64,000 bases of DNA from a bacterium (GTDB lineage Bacteria > Patescibacteriota > Gracilibacteria > Absconditabacterales > Absconditicoccaceae), in contig JAYSSF010000090.1 of NCBI GenBank assembly GCA_043720715.1, positions 2,020 through 66,019 on the forward strand, in the 5' to 3' direction. Both the position numbers and the translations under genes were made by a program. Below the pieces are notes generated by a model. That model did no database searches. It saw nothing but the letters and a program-made list of their open reading frames with translations, and was not told where the DNA came from. Positions 10,301 through 20,187 of the stretch are shown here, piece after piece. The first letter of the stretch is position 1. Every line of letters starts with the position of its first letter.

Positions 10301-12940
10301 AACAGTAGTATCTTGTATCGTTACAGTTCTTACTACCTGTAGTGCAGGATTACCGAATGAATCAGTATAATCATATGTGATAGGATATATTCATAGTTGG
10401 TTTGTATTTACAGTACCACTTACGATAATATTATCAGATCATTGTGTGATCCCATCGTCCCAATACGATCACGCGTCAAAGAAGAATCATCATAATTCTA
10501 CAAAAGGATTTGCGTTACCAATGAGGAATAGTAGGGGAGCAATACCAGTATGAGTCAGACTAATAATTTGATCAGGTCACAATGATGCTCCCGTGTTTGT
10601 GACTGGTGTAAATTTAATATTATAGGTGGCAGTGGATCATATCACGATCGGTGAGATAATTCAGCTACTTGCTGATACTTGTGCTTGTTGGATATATGAT
10701 CATGATGTGGTTACATTTTGTATAAATAGTGTGACAAAGCCAGTATTATAACTATCCCACATAAAACTATAGTTTGCGCCAGTATGTTGGTATGAGATGC
10801 CAGTAATAATAATAGGGTCAACATATCATTCTGATCCTCATACGTTATATTCAAGACTGATATTACTCAGTGTGATACCAGCATCAGTAAACCAGTTGAT
10901 ACTCGAAGGAGTTAGACTAGGATCTGATCAGTCACTGTGTATCATGCTATGTTGCACTGGGATTGAATCCACATCATACATGACATAGTCTTGAGGAGTT
11001 GAGTTGAGTAGCTCAGTTGTGATAAAATCTCCAGTACCAGCAACTCCTCCCGTAATATCTGCCGTCAGGATAATTTCATGGATACTCGTATCGATAGCAA
11101 AACCATTGGCATAGCTACCAGTCATAGTACATGTTACAAGTCAGGAATTGAGACTACACTCAGCATTACTCGGGTCATTATCTCCGTCAATCATCAAACC
11201 AAAATTATCTACTTGTACATTTGTAGCATGATTGAAGATGAGCTGATATAAGTGACTTGTTGATCATGTCGATTGCAGCTGCACTCATAGTAGTGACACT
11301 CAGGTTTGATACATGACATCATTGATATCTTTATATCATGATAGTGATGACATTACTACAGTAGACAGGAGTGAATTTCTGATACGATATTCATCATATA
11401 CCATAATATCATCATCAAAATTAGCCACAAGATCATCACCATTGGAGTCGGCAGTGATCACGGTTTCAATCGTTTGTCATCACAGATCAAGGATATGTTC
11501 GGTATTGAGCAGTCATAGCATTGCTATCTTATTGGTTTCGTCTGATTGTTGGATGCCATCTGAGTCAAGCACATAGATATCAATGAGATCTCATTGATCA
11601 TAGATTGGTATTGTAGCTCCAAGAGATAATAATACTGCGCCACTTATGATAACTCCGCTACTTACAACTTGTCCGCTATGTGTAATATATACTGTCAAGC
11701 CATCTCATCAAGTACTAATATTATCACAGTCACTGCTCGTACTACATGCCAATGTGCCGCTACTCACTTCTGTTCCATAGAACGGATTATTGATGTTGAT
11801 AAGAGCAATTTGCTCAATATGACTAGGGCTAGTACTACTAAATCTCATCTGTCATACATAGATACCACCAAGATCATTGGCAACTAGTCATCAAACAGCG
11901 CTTGCGGTATTGAGAGCTGTAGTAGTATTTTCAAGGATATCAATACTGACACCTGGTATACTAGCGGCGTATGGATAGGCATGCCCACTTGTATCGTATA
12001 CATCCCAGTATGATCATTCAAATTGGAAATTATTTGCTACAACATTACCAGTATAGGAGATCATCATGTGTAGATTTTGTGTCTGACCTGCCGAGATGAG
12101 ATAGTTGAGATTTTCGAAGATGATATCTCCACTCTGGTTGATCGTTGTAGTAGTGACTACATTGCCTGTTGTATCAAGCAAGCTAATCGTATGAGGAAGA
12201 TCAAATCATCCGCTACCAAATTCATTAGTACCAATCTGTCCTACGACAAATCAACTCAGAATCACATCCGAAGCACTCTTACTGGTAAGTGAAACGGCGA
12301 ATCAGGTCAGATATCCATTATTATATGCTACTTGTGATGCTCCAGTAAAGATATTTTCAATCAAGGCAATACCTGGATTTTGTGTAGTGAAGTCTGCGCC
12401 ATCGGCAGGTCATCATGAGATATCACCAGGTACGACACCAGTGCCAGTATCAGTGACGAGTCATGGGAAACTTGTATTATCTATAACGAATGAGATAGTA
12501 CTTCATTCAGGATCAAATGCCGCTCATGTAGTATCGAATACAATATCAAAATCATGAAACCCAGAAGCCAGAGCAGTGGTAAATGGAATATCATAGATAC
12601 AAGAATCTACCCCAGTAGCGCTAACAGTAGCGTCAGTACCAAGCAAGGCGCCGCTTTGATATAGTCAGACTTGAGTGATAATTGATTCAATATCGCTGGT
12701 CGAGCTGCAAGAGATACCTCATAGGTTGGTGGCATATACAGTGAGCCCATTATATACGAGATTTTCGGTAGGACTATCAATACGGAATTGTAATCCAGAA
12801 GCATTGACTTGATAGGGAATGATCTCAGTATTATCAACGATAGAGTCGAGTCTACTGAGATTGAGAAATACATTATCAGCATATGCTACTTGGCCAATGA
12901 TTGCTCATCCTCGAGCTTGAACAAGCATAGTTAAGGCCAT
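4352..12940 (-). CDS. giant secreted multidomain surface protein A, 2,862 aa
   Basis: One minus-strand frame (codon starts = 1 mod 3) is open under table 25 from the stop at 13000-12998 down to TAA 4354-4352. Same-frame track fragments 10928..11125 and 6641..6913 fall inside it. First in-frame ATG is at 12940. Order from the N-terminus: beta-rich region, about 7 DUF5011/HYR-like Ig repeats, Cys-cap plus about 8 plant-type LRRs, then SdrD-B-like units interleaved with an SLH-like triplet and unassigned regions. Confidence 0.8.
5015..7642 (-). repeat. SdrD-B/Cna-B-like units in gene A marked by a conserved 24-nt core
   Basis: Forward-strand core aaactgatatcatccatagtagtc occurs at 5015-5038, 6989-7012, 7307-7330 and 7619-7642, with a degenerate copy near 6172-6195. 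Its reverse complement encodes DYYG-G(TGA)-YQF. Each core is preceded by GQ(T/A)[21 protein letters not shown]. Confidence 0.7.
6400..6900 (-). other. three SLH-like segments embedded mid-protein in gene A (approximate bounds)
   Basis: [41 protein letters not shown], then ..[32 protein letters not shown], then ..[31 protein letters not shown]. These follow the F.D....W....G......F.P....T..E.A pattern. Confidence 0.4.
8190..8760 (-). repeat. LRR array of gene A (about 8 units of 24 aa / 72 nt)
   Basis: ..[69 protein letters not shown]... Preceded by cap [21 protein letters not shown] (about 8800-8880). Confidence 0.75.
8890..10520 (-). repeat. about 7 tandem Ig-like (DUF5011/HYR-type) repeats of gene A
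   Basis: Reiterated [11 protein letters not shown]...Y.ES-G-A.WTD..DGSG....SG.VDT...G.YY..Y.Y.D.AGN......R.V.V. Blocks of near-identical DNA, e.g. ggagcagtagtatcaactacggtaacttctcttgtct at about 9106-9142 and about 9601-9637. Confidence 0.7.
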
Positions 12941-13089
12941 ACACCATTTGATAGATTTGAAGATATATGATTTCATGGTTTAAAAGGAGAAAAAAACTAC
13001 TTACATATAGTATAGTAGCTCGTCATTACTATGTCCAATATTTCATATACTAATACTAGTATGAGGTTGACTTTGTTATGATGTTATTC

Positions 13090-14148
13090 CTACTCTATTC
13101 AGAACAACCATTCCATATCTACTTTATTTACTACTCATTGATCGATTAGTCTCTTGCCGTATCATTTCATGGAGATCATACCAGAGTTACTAGAAGTTTC
13201 GATCACAGAGTCAATTTGCTTGAGATCTCTTTTTTTAATATTATTCCTGACTGCTGTGTTGTTGATCATGAGTTCGAATACTCACACACGATTCTTGCCA
13301 TCAGCGGTTTTGACAAGATACTGACACTGTACTCATAGCAGCGCATCAGCTAACCTGTCAGCAATAATCTCCTGTACCTCAGGCTCAAAGAATCAGATGT
13401 ATCTATTGACCGTAGCAGCAGCAGATCCAGTATGTAGCGTAGAGAACACGATATGCCCTGTCTCAGCCATATTGATCGCAGCCTCAGCGGTATGTTTGTC
13501 ACGGATTTCTCCGATGAGGATGATATTGGGATCTTGTCTCATAGCAGATCTGAGTGCAGCAGCAAAGCTATCAGTATCCAGTCCTACTTCTCTTTGCGTG
13601 ATGAGCGACTTATCAGGTTTAAACATAAACTCAATCGGATCCTCAATCGTAATGATATGACTATGTCTTTGTTGATTCAGATACTGAAGCATGGATACAA
13701 TCGAGGTTGATTTACCACTACCAGTAGGTCAGTTGACGAGATATAATCAGGCTTTTTTGCTTAAGATATTATCTTTTAAACTTTGTGCGATATCTTGGTA
13801 CATCAGCTCCTCAAGATTCTTGGCTTTAGAGTTGATTTTCCTCATTGCAATACTCAGTTTACCCAGTGATAACGTAGCATTGACTCTATATGATGGGCCT
13901 TTATCAACGGTATAGGAGAAGTCCATATCTTTTGCGTTCCGGAACTCTGCGACTCTTTTCTGATCATGATTGAGCAAGAATACCAAAATCTCGGTGACAT
14001 CTTCATTATTGAGTATTGGTCGCTGTGTTTGTCTGACGATATCTCCGTTTTGACGAAACATAATAGGCTCTCACACTGCGATATGAATATCAGAGATCGT
14101 TTCTTCCTGTGCGAGGAGTTTGAGAATTTCACCAAAGTTAACTTGCAT
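13090..14148 (-). CDS. pilT: type IV pilus retraction ATPase PilT-like, 352 aa
   Basis: ATG 14148, TAG 13092-13090. Joins same-frame track ORFs 13747..14061 and 13393..13692. Walker A LVN-G-PTGSGKST has Gly = TGA 13731-13729. Also IITIEDPIEF, ILIGEIRD and GHIVFSTLHTGSAA. Confidence 0.9.
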
Positions 14149-14155
14149 CGTGGGG

Positions 14156-14238
14156 AGGAGTTAGAGGAGTTAGAGGAGTTTGAGAATTTGGGTAGAGAAC
14201 GGATCTAACTTTTCCAAATTTTCTAACTTTTCCAAATT
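14156..14238. repeat. two short tandem-repeat blocks in the K-channel/pilT intergenic region
   Basis: 3 x GAGGAGTTA at 14156-14182. 2 x 17-nt TCTAACTTTTCCAAATT at 14204-14220 and 14222-14238 (period 18), lying directly upstream of the pilT ATG on the minus strand. Confidence 0.6.
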
Positions 14239-14266
14239 ATAGCGTTATGGGTTCATTTTGTCAAAT

Positions 14267-14926
14267 CTATCATTCTGACGTAATCTCGAGTTTGGATGCG
14301 ACTGATGAGAACACCAGTGAGATGAACAATAGACTCGTCAGAACCTGCATTATTGATAAGATATATCATCGTGTTCATGAGACCACCATATCACCATATC
14401 CCACCGTAGCAAACGTCGCAATAGAAAAATAAAATGCTTGGAGTCAATTTGTTACCACTTGGTTATTGGCTGTTGTATGTAGAGATCAACTCGCAAGATA
14501 GAACACTCCAAATGCAGCGATAATCTCGATCATATTGATACCAAGCAGAATCAGATTCCTCCTGAGATTTGGTTGACTATGGTGCAGATTACTGAGTACA
14601 ATAAGTCATAATAGATACGTGACCAGATCTCCTATGAGATAAACTGTGATAGCTACTCACCACCACTGTGACCATCGGCCACATCATAGCACAAGCAGGA
14701 TTAGTACTGTCTTGATAATAACATACTGTTCGACCATACTATTTCTCAGGCGATGACTGTGCATGTCGGCATAGTGACGAATCCAAAAACTAGGAAAGCA
14801 TAGCTTGAGCAACAATACAAATACCATGATAATCCTTTCGATACCATGAAAATCTCACTCGTGGGTACGATTTCGTAGTGCACGCATGGTGATCATGTGT
14901 TCGTGAATACGGTAGTGTTGGTTCAT
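14267..14926 (-). CDS. potassium channel family protein (2-TM/P-loop type), 219 aa
   Basis: ATG 14926, TAG 14269-14267, checked line by line under table 25. Canonical selectivity filter ..FYFSIATFATVGYGDMVV.. between hydrophobic helices. The true start could be a downstream Met. Confidence 0.8.
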
Positions 14927-15056
14927 TGGTCGTGAGAGGGAGTAAAGTGAGAGAATTTAGATGTAGTACATTATTGTTATTATATATATAAATACATAAT
15001 ATGTCAAATATAAATTTATCCTTGAAAAGGACGAGATAATGGGTATTTTGATATAG

Positions 15057-15482
15057 ATGAATAAAACTCCTGAAGAATTTCGTAAGCGAATCGATACGAA
15101 AATTGAAGTTGAATTTTGAGGTAATTTCAAAAATAGTGTTGAGATTGGCCAATTTTGGCGATATTATGATGGAATGAATATTGGAAATGAAATTTCAAAA
15201 GATAAACATTTCAAAAGAGTTTGCCTAGTTCTCAATAATAATCTATGAAATGGATTGGTTCTTGTTGCTCCAATTACAACAAAATATCACAAGCGAATGG
15301 AAAGATATTACATTGAAATTATGAACTATGAAAAATATTGACTAAAAAATCCAAGAATTATAGTAAATCAAATAAAAATGATTGATAAGAAAAGATTATT
15401 CGGAAAGGTTTCAGAAGTTAAGATCTGAGTTTGATTCACAAGAAAAGTTATCTTTGCTTACTCGGAACTACTTTTGAAATAA
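15057..15482 (+). CDS. PemK/MazF-like toxin family protein, paralog 1, 141 aa, no adjacent antitoxin ORF
   Basis: ATG 15057, TAA 15480-15482, 5 in-frame TGA. ..EIGQFWRYYDGMNIGNEISKDKHFKRVCLVLNNNL-G-NGLVLVAPITTKYHKRMERYY..IVNQIKMIDKKRL matches the solitary PemK-like family pattern (G.N.G.E....F.RP.L.L, PLT(S/T)K.H, Q.R..D..RL). Confidence 0.65.
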
Positions 15483-15553
15483 AAAAACGCCCCGACAAGT
15501 CGGGGTAGACAGGAATACTAGTTCCCACAAAGTTAGAGTTTCCCCTAACAATT
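15481..15553 (-). ncRNA. candidate small RNA, copy 1, convergent to toxin paralog 1
   Basis: Minus strand: promoter, then AATTGTTAGGGGAAACTCTAACTTTG tgggaactagtattcc tgtcta CCCCGActtgTCGGGG cgttttttt. It contains three hairpins, the last an intrinsic terminator. The T-run overlaps the toxin stop codon. The homologous copy is at 20112-20187. Confidence 0.5.
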
Positions 15554-15559
15554 GTCATC

Positions 15560-15587
15560 AGTATACTCAAAAAAATCTAAATTGCAA
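15560..15587 (-). promoter_or_regulatory. sigma70-like promoter TTGCAA-N16-TATACT for RNA copy 1
   Basis: -35 TTGCAA at 15587-15582, 16-nt spacer, -10 TATACT at 15565-15560, about 6 nt before the conserved RNA 5' segment. Confidence 0.5.
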
Positions 15588-15620
15588 GAAATATTTTATG
15601 TGTTACTACTTTTCTATCAT

Positions 15621-17387
15621 ATGAGCAAAAAAATCATTACCTCTGCACTCCCATATCCACATGGTAGATTACATCTGGGTAGAGTAGTATGAGCATATCT
15701 ACCAGCTGACATCTATGTGCGTTGGTCTCGTATGATGGGAGACGATGTGATCTTCGTGTCCGGTACTGATGATCATGGAGTGGGTATCGAGATGGAAGCT
15801 GATAAATTATGACGGACTTACTCACAAGTCGTGACTCACTATCGTGATATCTATCGTGAGAATTTCAGATCACTGGGTATTGAGTTTGATCTCTTTGATG
15901 GGACAGATACACCAGAACATGAAGTAGTCAGCCATGATTTTTTCCACAAAATTTATGAACAAGGCCTATTGCTTGAAAAATCAAGCGAGCAGATGTACTG
16001 CGAAACATGTCAGAAATTCCTCCCTGATAGATATATCACTGGTACCTGCCCCAAGTGTGGCGCACAGTGACAAAACGGGGACCAATGTGAAAAATGCGGT
16101 AGTATGCTCACACCAGAAGAGCTCATCAACCCATCATGTAAGACTTGTGGTGGGACAGATTTGATCATGAAGTCTACTAAGCATCTTCAATTCCAGCTTC
16201 AAATGCTGCAATGAGATGTGGCAAAACGATTAGAAAGCAAAAGGGGAGAGCGAAAGGAAAATGTCGTATCGACCGCATTGGACAAGTGGATCAAGGACGA
16301 TCTCCATCCTCGTGACTATACCAGAGACGTCAAATGTGGCATCTCAGTACCACTCGCATGATATGAAGATAAGACGATCTATGTATGGTTTGAGGCACCA
16401 TTGGGGTATATTTCGATTACACAACGCTATTTGGATCAGCAAAAGCTAAAGGGAACAGCTAAAGGAGAATTAGCAGACTGGCGACAAAACCCTGAGACAG
16501 AGCTGATTCACTTTATCGGCAAGGATAACACAGTATTTCACAGTATCTCACGGCCAAGTCAGATCATCGCATATAACAAGGTATCGGATCAGAAGTATAT
16601 CCTCCCTACCCAAATCCCAGCCAATGAGTTCCTAAATCTGGAAGGCAAAAAGTTCTCCACTTCTCGTGGATATGCAATCTGGGCTGAGGATATCACTCGT
16701 GATTATGACCCAGAATTTGTCAGATATTATCTCACGATGATCATCCCGGAGACGTCAGACAGTAATTTCTACCGAAAAGAGTTTCAGGATAATTGTAATA
16801 ATCTGACTGATGTCGTGTGAAACTTGGTATCGAGATTAACCACACTTCTCGTCAAGTATAACGATGGATTACTACTCAATCTTGCCGATATTAGTTTATC
16901 AGGACTCGACCAAGCACTGATTGATCAGGTATGAGTAACTCGTGATAGTATCATCGCTTCGATGTGACAGTTCCGCATCAGAGAGTCACTTGGATCATCG
17001 ATTGATCTATTCCGCGCAATCAACAAGTACCTCAATGATACCACTCCACGGACAGTAGCCAAAACTGATGTGACTGCTGCAATTCAGATAGTATCGGTGG
17101 CATGTCATGCTCTGATCTGTGCTGCACAGCTACTTGCCCCATTCCTCCCGAGCACGAGTAAGAAGATTATATCCATCTTCGCTGCTTGAGATTCTATCTA
17201 TCAAGAAATTGATCCTCGCCTCACCAGATTCTTCCTTGACTTCGGTGCCCCTTGAGGGTATAAAGGAGGTGCCGAAGGCGGAGGATTTTGACCAATTATT
17301 CCTCTTGAGTGATATCTATTCACTAAAATCACCGATGAGCAGATCCAGTGAGAAATTGATAAGCTCCAAGCAATTCTTCATTCATAA
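15621..17387 (+). CDS. metG: methionine--tRNA ligase, 588 aa
   Basis: ATG 15621, TAA 17385-17387. Joins same-frame track ORFs 15831.. and 16401... ALPYPHGRLHLGRVV-G-AYLPADIY has TGA at 15690-15692. Zn knuckles CETC..CPKCG..CEKCG. KMSKS-like KFSTSRG. Confidence 0.93.
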
Positions 17388-17396
17388 GTATTATCA

Positions 17397-18230
17397 ATGA
17401 TAAACCGAATTTATATGCATTGATATCAGTTGACTATCTGATGAATACTGCTGATAATCTATGTGGTGACAGCCTACATCAAGCTCACCTATAGAAAAAG
17501 AATCCTCAAGCCATTTGAGCATACGAGCAACGAAGAGCAAAGCGACAACTATCTTCAGTACTATAAGCGTGCTCAGCTGTTGGATGTATATCGTGTGATA
17601 GCCACTATCATTGCGGCATTTTTGCTCGTGACATATGCCAAGGACAATGTGTTTCAGGCTTTTGCAATTACGACGTGAGCGATGGTGTTGGTATTTCAGT
17701 CGATCATCCTCTCGTTTGGTATCTACTGGATGTTGGCTGCCAACTACGAGGTGTGAGATACCATCAGAGTAGGTCAGCTATGAGAATGAGAGATCATCTA
17801 TATCAAACCGCTATATATCTGAATCGCAGGGAGAAACAATACTGGTGAGCATACTGGTGAACTGTTTATCATTCCTAACAACAAAGTCCGAGAAAACCCT
17901 ATCATTAAGGTAGACTATAGTCCTCAAGCTTATAACAAAATCGAATGCTTGGTCTATTATCATCATGCGGATTTCCCGATGAATCTGGATGAATATTTGG
18001 TCAAGCTGACTGAGTTTTTGGATGGCTACCTACCATTGAGATGAGCCAAAAGTGTCGGTCATATCAAGTCATACATCGGATATAGATATAAGTTATCCAT
18101 CGACTATTTGGATCGTGATACAGTCAGAGTAGGGGTTTATTTTATCTCCAAGCAGAAGCTAGGATATGTCCGCAAACAGAAGATCATCAGCTTTGTCGAG
18201 AGTTTGCGTAGTAGTAAAAATAATAACTAA
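17397..18230 (+). CDS. MscS-like mechanosensitive channel family protein, 277 aa
   Basis: ATG 17397, TAA 18228-18230, same frame as track ORF 17463... TM helices followed by ..YEV-G-DTIRVGQL-G-E-G-EIIYIKPLYI-G-IAGRNNTGEHTGELFIIPNNKV.., the MscS beta-domain pattern. Confidence 0.8.
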
Positions 18231-18298
18231 AACCAGATTGACTTAAGATACAAATTATATATTATAAGATAAATTTATTTATTATTTACTAATTATTG

Positions 18299-18745
18299 AT
18301 GTGAAATTTAGGTTTTGATGTTTCGGATTTTGTTAGAGAGAAAAAAGAAGCAAAAAAGAAGCAAATAGTCGCTAAAGAGGTACGTGAAAGTAATCAGACA
18401 GCTGAGAATATAAAGAAAAAAAATGAGCAAACAGCTCAATCGCTATATGACACAATGTCACAAGAATGATCTTGGGAAGCCTTAGAATATATGATAGATT
18501 ATTATCAAGAGAATAATGTTTTTCCAACTCAGGAGAAAATATCAGGCGTGCCTATGTCTAGTGATGTTTTTGGAAAAATCCAACAATATCTAACCAATAG
18601 TGTTTATTTGAGCAATAAAGACGTAGGGAAGAAGCTTATTATTGGCTGAATTATACAACAAGTTGAGCAGCCAGCATTTGATGACTTACAACAAATCATG
18701 TTGCTTGAAGATCAAGAGCATCATACCCTCGATCGTGGTGAGTAA
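18299..18745 (+). CDS. hypothetical protein, 148 aa
   Basis: ATG 18299, TAA 18743-18745, 3 in-frame TGA. Lys/Glu-rich N-terminus. The stop codon abuts the left inverted repeat. Confidence 0.5.
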
Positions 18746-18854
18746 TATAGTGCATTATACTTAGAACTAGAATTAACTCACGCCTCAAGATAATGCACTA
18801 CGTAGTAGATTTCACAGATAATAGTATTCCTATCTTTATGTGAAATCTACTATA
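18746..18854. repeat. left 109-nt inverted repeat (two hairpins)
   Basis: tagtgcattat..(33 nt)..ataatgcacta (11-bp stem), CG, then tagtagatttcaca..(22 nt)..tgtgaaatctacta (14-bp stem). The junction forms the 10-nt palindrome ACTACGTAGT. Confidence 0.85.
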
Positions 18855-18858
18855 GTTC

Positions 18859-19884
18859 TTACCCAAACATCCCCATTTCTTGTTGAGCGGCTGCATCGTT
18901 GAGTGCGGCTTCTTTTTTGTTACGATTATTTATACTATGAGCGACAAACTCCTCAATTGTATAGGTATAGTGTTCGCCGTCGAGATAGAACTCGAGATAC
19001 TTAAGGAAGTAGAGCAGTGTACCTAGTGTCATCTCCACGTCTCATTTGCAGTATTTTTTGACTTTGTTGAGGATTTTGAGGTCTCCATCTTTTTTGTATT
19101 CCAGCAATAACTTCGCTCATTCGAGTCATCCTCATTCCAGTACTTTGACGAGTCCCACCAGTCACGTGGCGACTTTATTGAGGCCGATCCTACGATTGGC
19201 TATATTCCAGATAAACATAAACAGATCAATCGATTTGCTATTGAGATATTCGATTTCCTCTTCACCGAGTCATGCATTGTATGCGATCACCGGGTTGTCA
19301 AATGCCAGAGAGTTAAATCACACAATATATCCATCAAATGACATACAAAAATCAACAAACTTGCGCAATCAGTCAGGTCAGACGTATCTAAAATTCTTAT
19401 GAAAATCCTCGTTGGTGTCAGTTGAGACAATTGCGTATCACAGCTCAAACTCAAGTCATCTGAGGTCATTGGTCGCGTAGAGTGTCTCGATATCATACAC
19501 GAGATATGGCTTATCCAAGATCGTACGGAACTCTCCAGCTTGATAGGCTTCCACGAGTATTTCCAAGACTGACTTATTGTTTTTGGTGATTTTGCTAGTG
19601 TCTTTTTTGCATACGGCATTGAGGGCATTGATCCCGTCAGCATCGAGGATTACTTCGATTCTATCTTTTTCATCAGTGATGGTGATCGTGTCGTCCTTTT
19701 GTCTGACAAATCTAAAACTTGGTTCACTTCACTGTCGATAGATCACCTCATTTCACTGCTTAAATAGTACTTTAAGTAGATCTTTAAACGTATAGACACG
19801 CTCCTTCTTAAAAATTCCCTCCAGATTGTTGAGAAACTGGTTGGAGATCTGTGTGAGCTGTGGGACGGTGAAGCGTTTGTACAT
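18859..19884 (-). CDS. RNase H-fold / DnaQ-like DEDD 3'-5' exonuclease domain protein (PolB-exonuclease/YprB-like), 341 aa
   Basis: ATG 19884, TAA 18861-18859, 1,026 nt. Exo motifs YLVYDIETLY (I), GFNSLAFDNPVIAY (II) and KKYCK-G-DVEMT (III). Confidence 0.7.
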
Positions 19885-19938
19885 GGTACAGGACAAGGAT
19901 AAGGAACAAGCAGAAAGCTAGGATGGTGGGGAGCCAAA

Positions 19939-20047
19939 TATAGTAGATTTCACATAAAAATAGGAATACTATTGTCTATGAAATCTACTACGTAGTGCAT
20001 TATCTTAAGGCGTGAGTTAATTCTAGTTCTAAGTATAATGCACTATA
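19939..20047. repeat. right 109-nt inverted repeat
   Basis: Reverse complement equals the left repeat except for 4 substitutions (cctCaag/cctTaag, caCagaTaat/caTagaCaat, ctatCttt/ctatTttt). Confidence 0.85.
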
Positions 20048-20077
20048 ATCAGGGATATCTTTTTTAAGTTTTTTGAT

Positions 20078-20105
20078 TTGCAATTTCATTGTTTTTGGTT
20101 ATACT
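20078..20105 (+). promoter_or_regulatory. sigma70-like promoter TTGCAA-N16-TATACT for RNA copy 2
   Basis: -35 at 20078-20083, 16-nt spacer, -10 TATACT at 20100-20105. Same hexamers and spacing as copy 1, although the spacer sequence differs. Confidence 0.5.
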
Positions 20106-20111
20106 TCCTTC

Positions 20112-20187
20112 AATTGTTAGGGGAAACTCTAACTTTGGGGAACCAAGTGTTCCAGCTACCCTATTGAAAAATAGGGCTATTTTTTTA
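20112..20187 (+). ncRNA. candidate small RNA, copy 2, convergent to toxin paralog 2
   Basis: AATTGTTAGGGGAAACTCTAACTTTG gGGAACcaagtGTTCC agcta CCCTATtgaaaaATAGGG ctattttttt. The 3' end overlaps the last codons and stop (20177-20179) of the minus-strand toxin gene. Confidence 0.5.

Larger units (their letters stand above)
18746..20047. mobile_element. 1,302-bp cassette: exonuclease-like gene bracketed by 109-nt double-hairpin inverted repeats (putative mobile or invertible unit)
   Basis: 18746-18854 and the reverse complement of 19939-20047 match at 105 of 109 positions. A single gene lies inside. A possible TA duplication at the junctions is weak in AT-rich DNA. Confidence 0.55.

Noticed and set aside
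12975-12977. ATG at 12977 as the start of giant gene A.
   Set aside because: It is in a different frame from the long ORF and reaches TAA after 35 codons. I kept ATG 12940 and reported the frame problem as a finding instead.
15481-15553. The conserved RNA as a tRNA, a tRNA fragment, or merely the toxin gene's own terminator.
   Set aside because: It has no acceptor, D or T-arm pattern. The T-run follows the hairpin only on the strand opposite to the toxin gene. A conserved promoter sits at the right distance on that strand in both copies.
18740-18750. Target-site duplication for the IR-flanked cassette (TA at both junctions).
   Set aside because: A 2-bp TA match is expected by chance in AT-rich DNA, and no longer duplication is present. 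Mobility is therefore left as a hypothesis.
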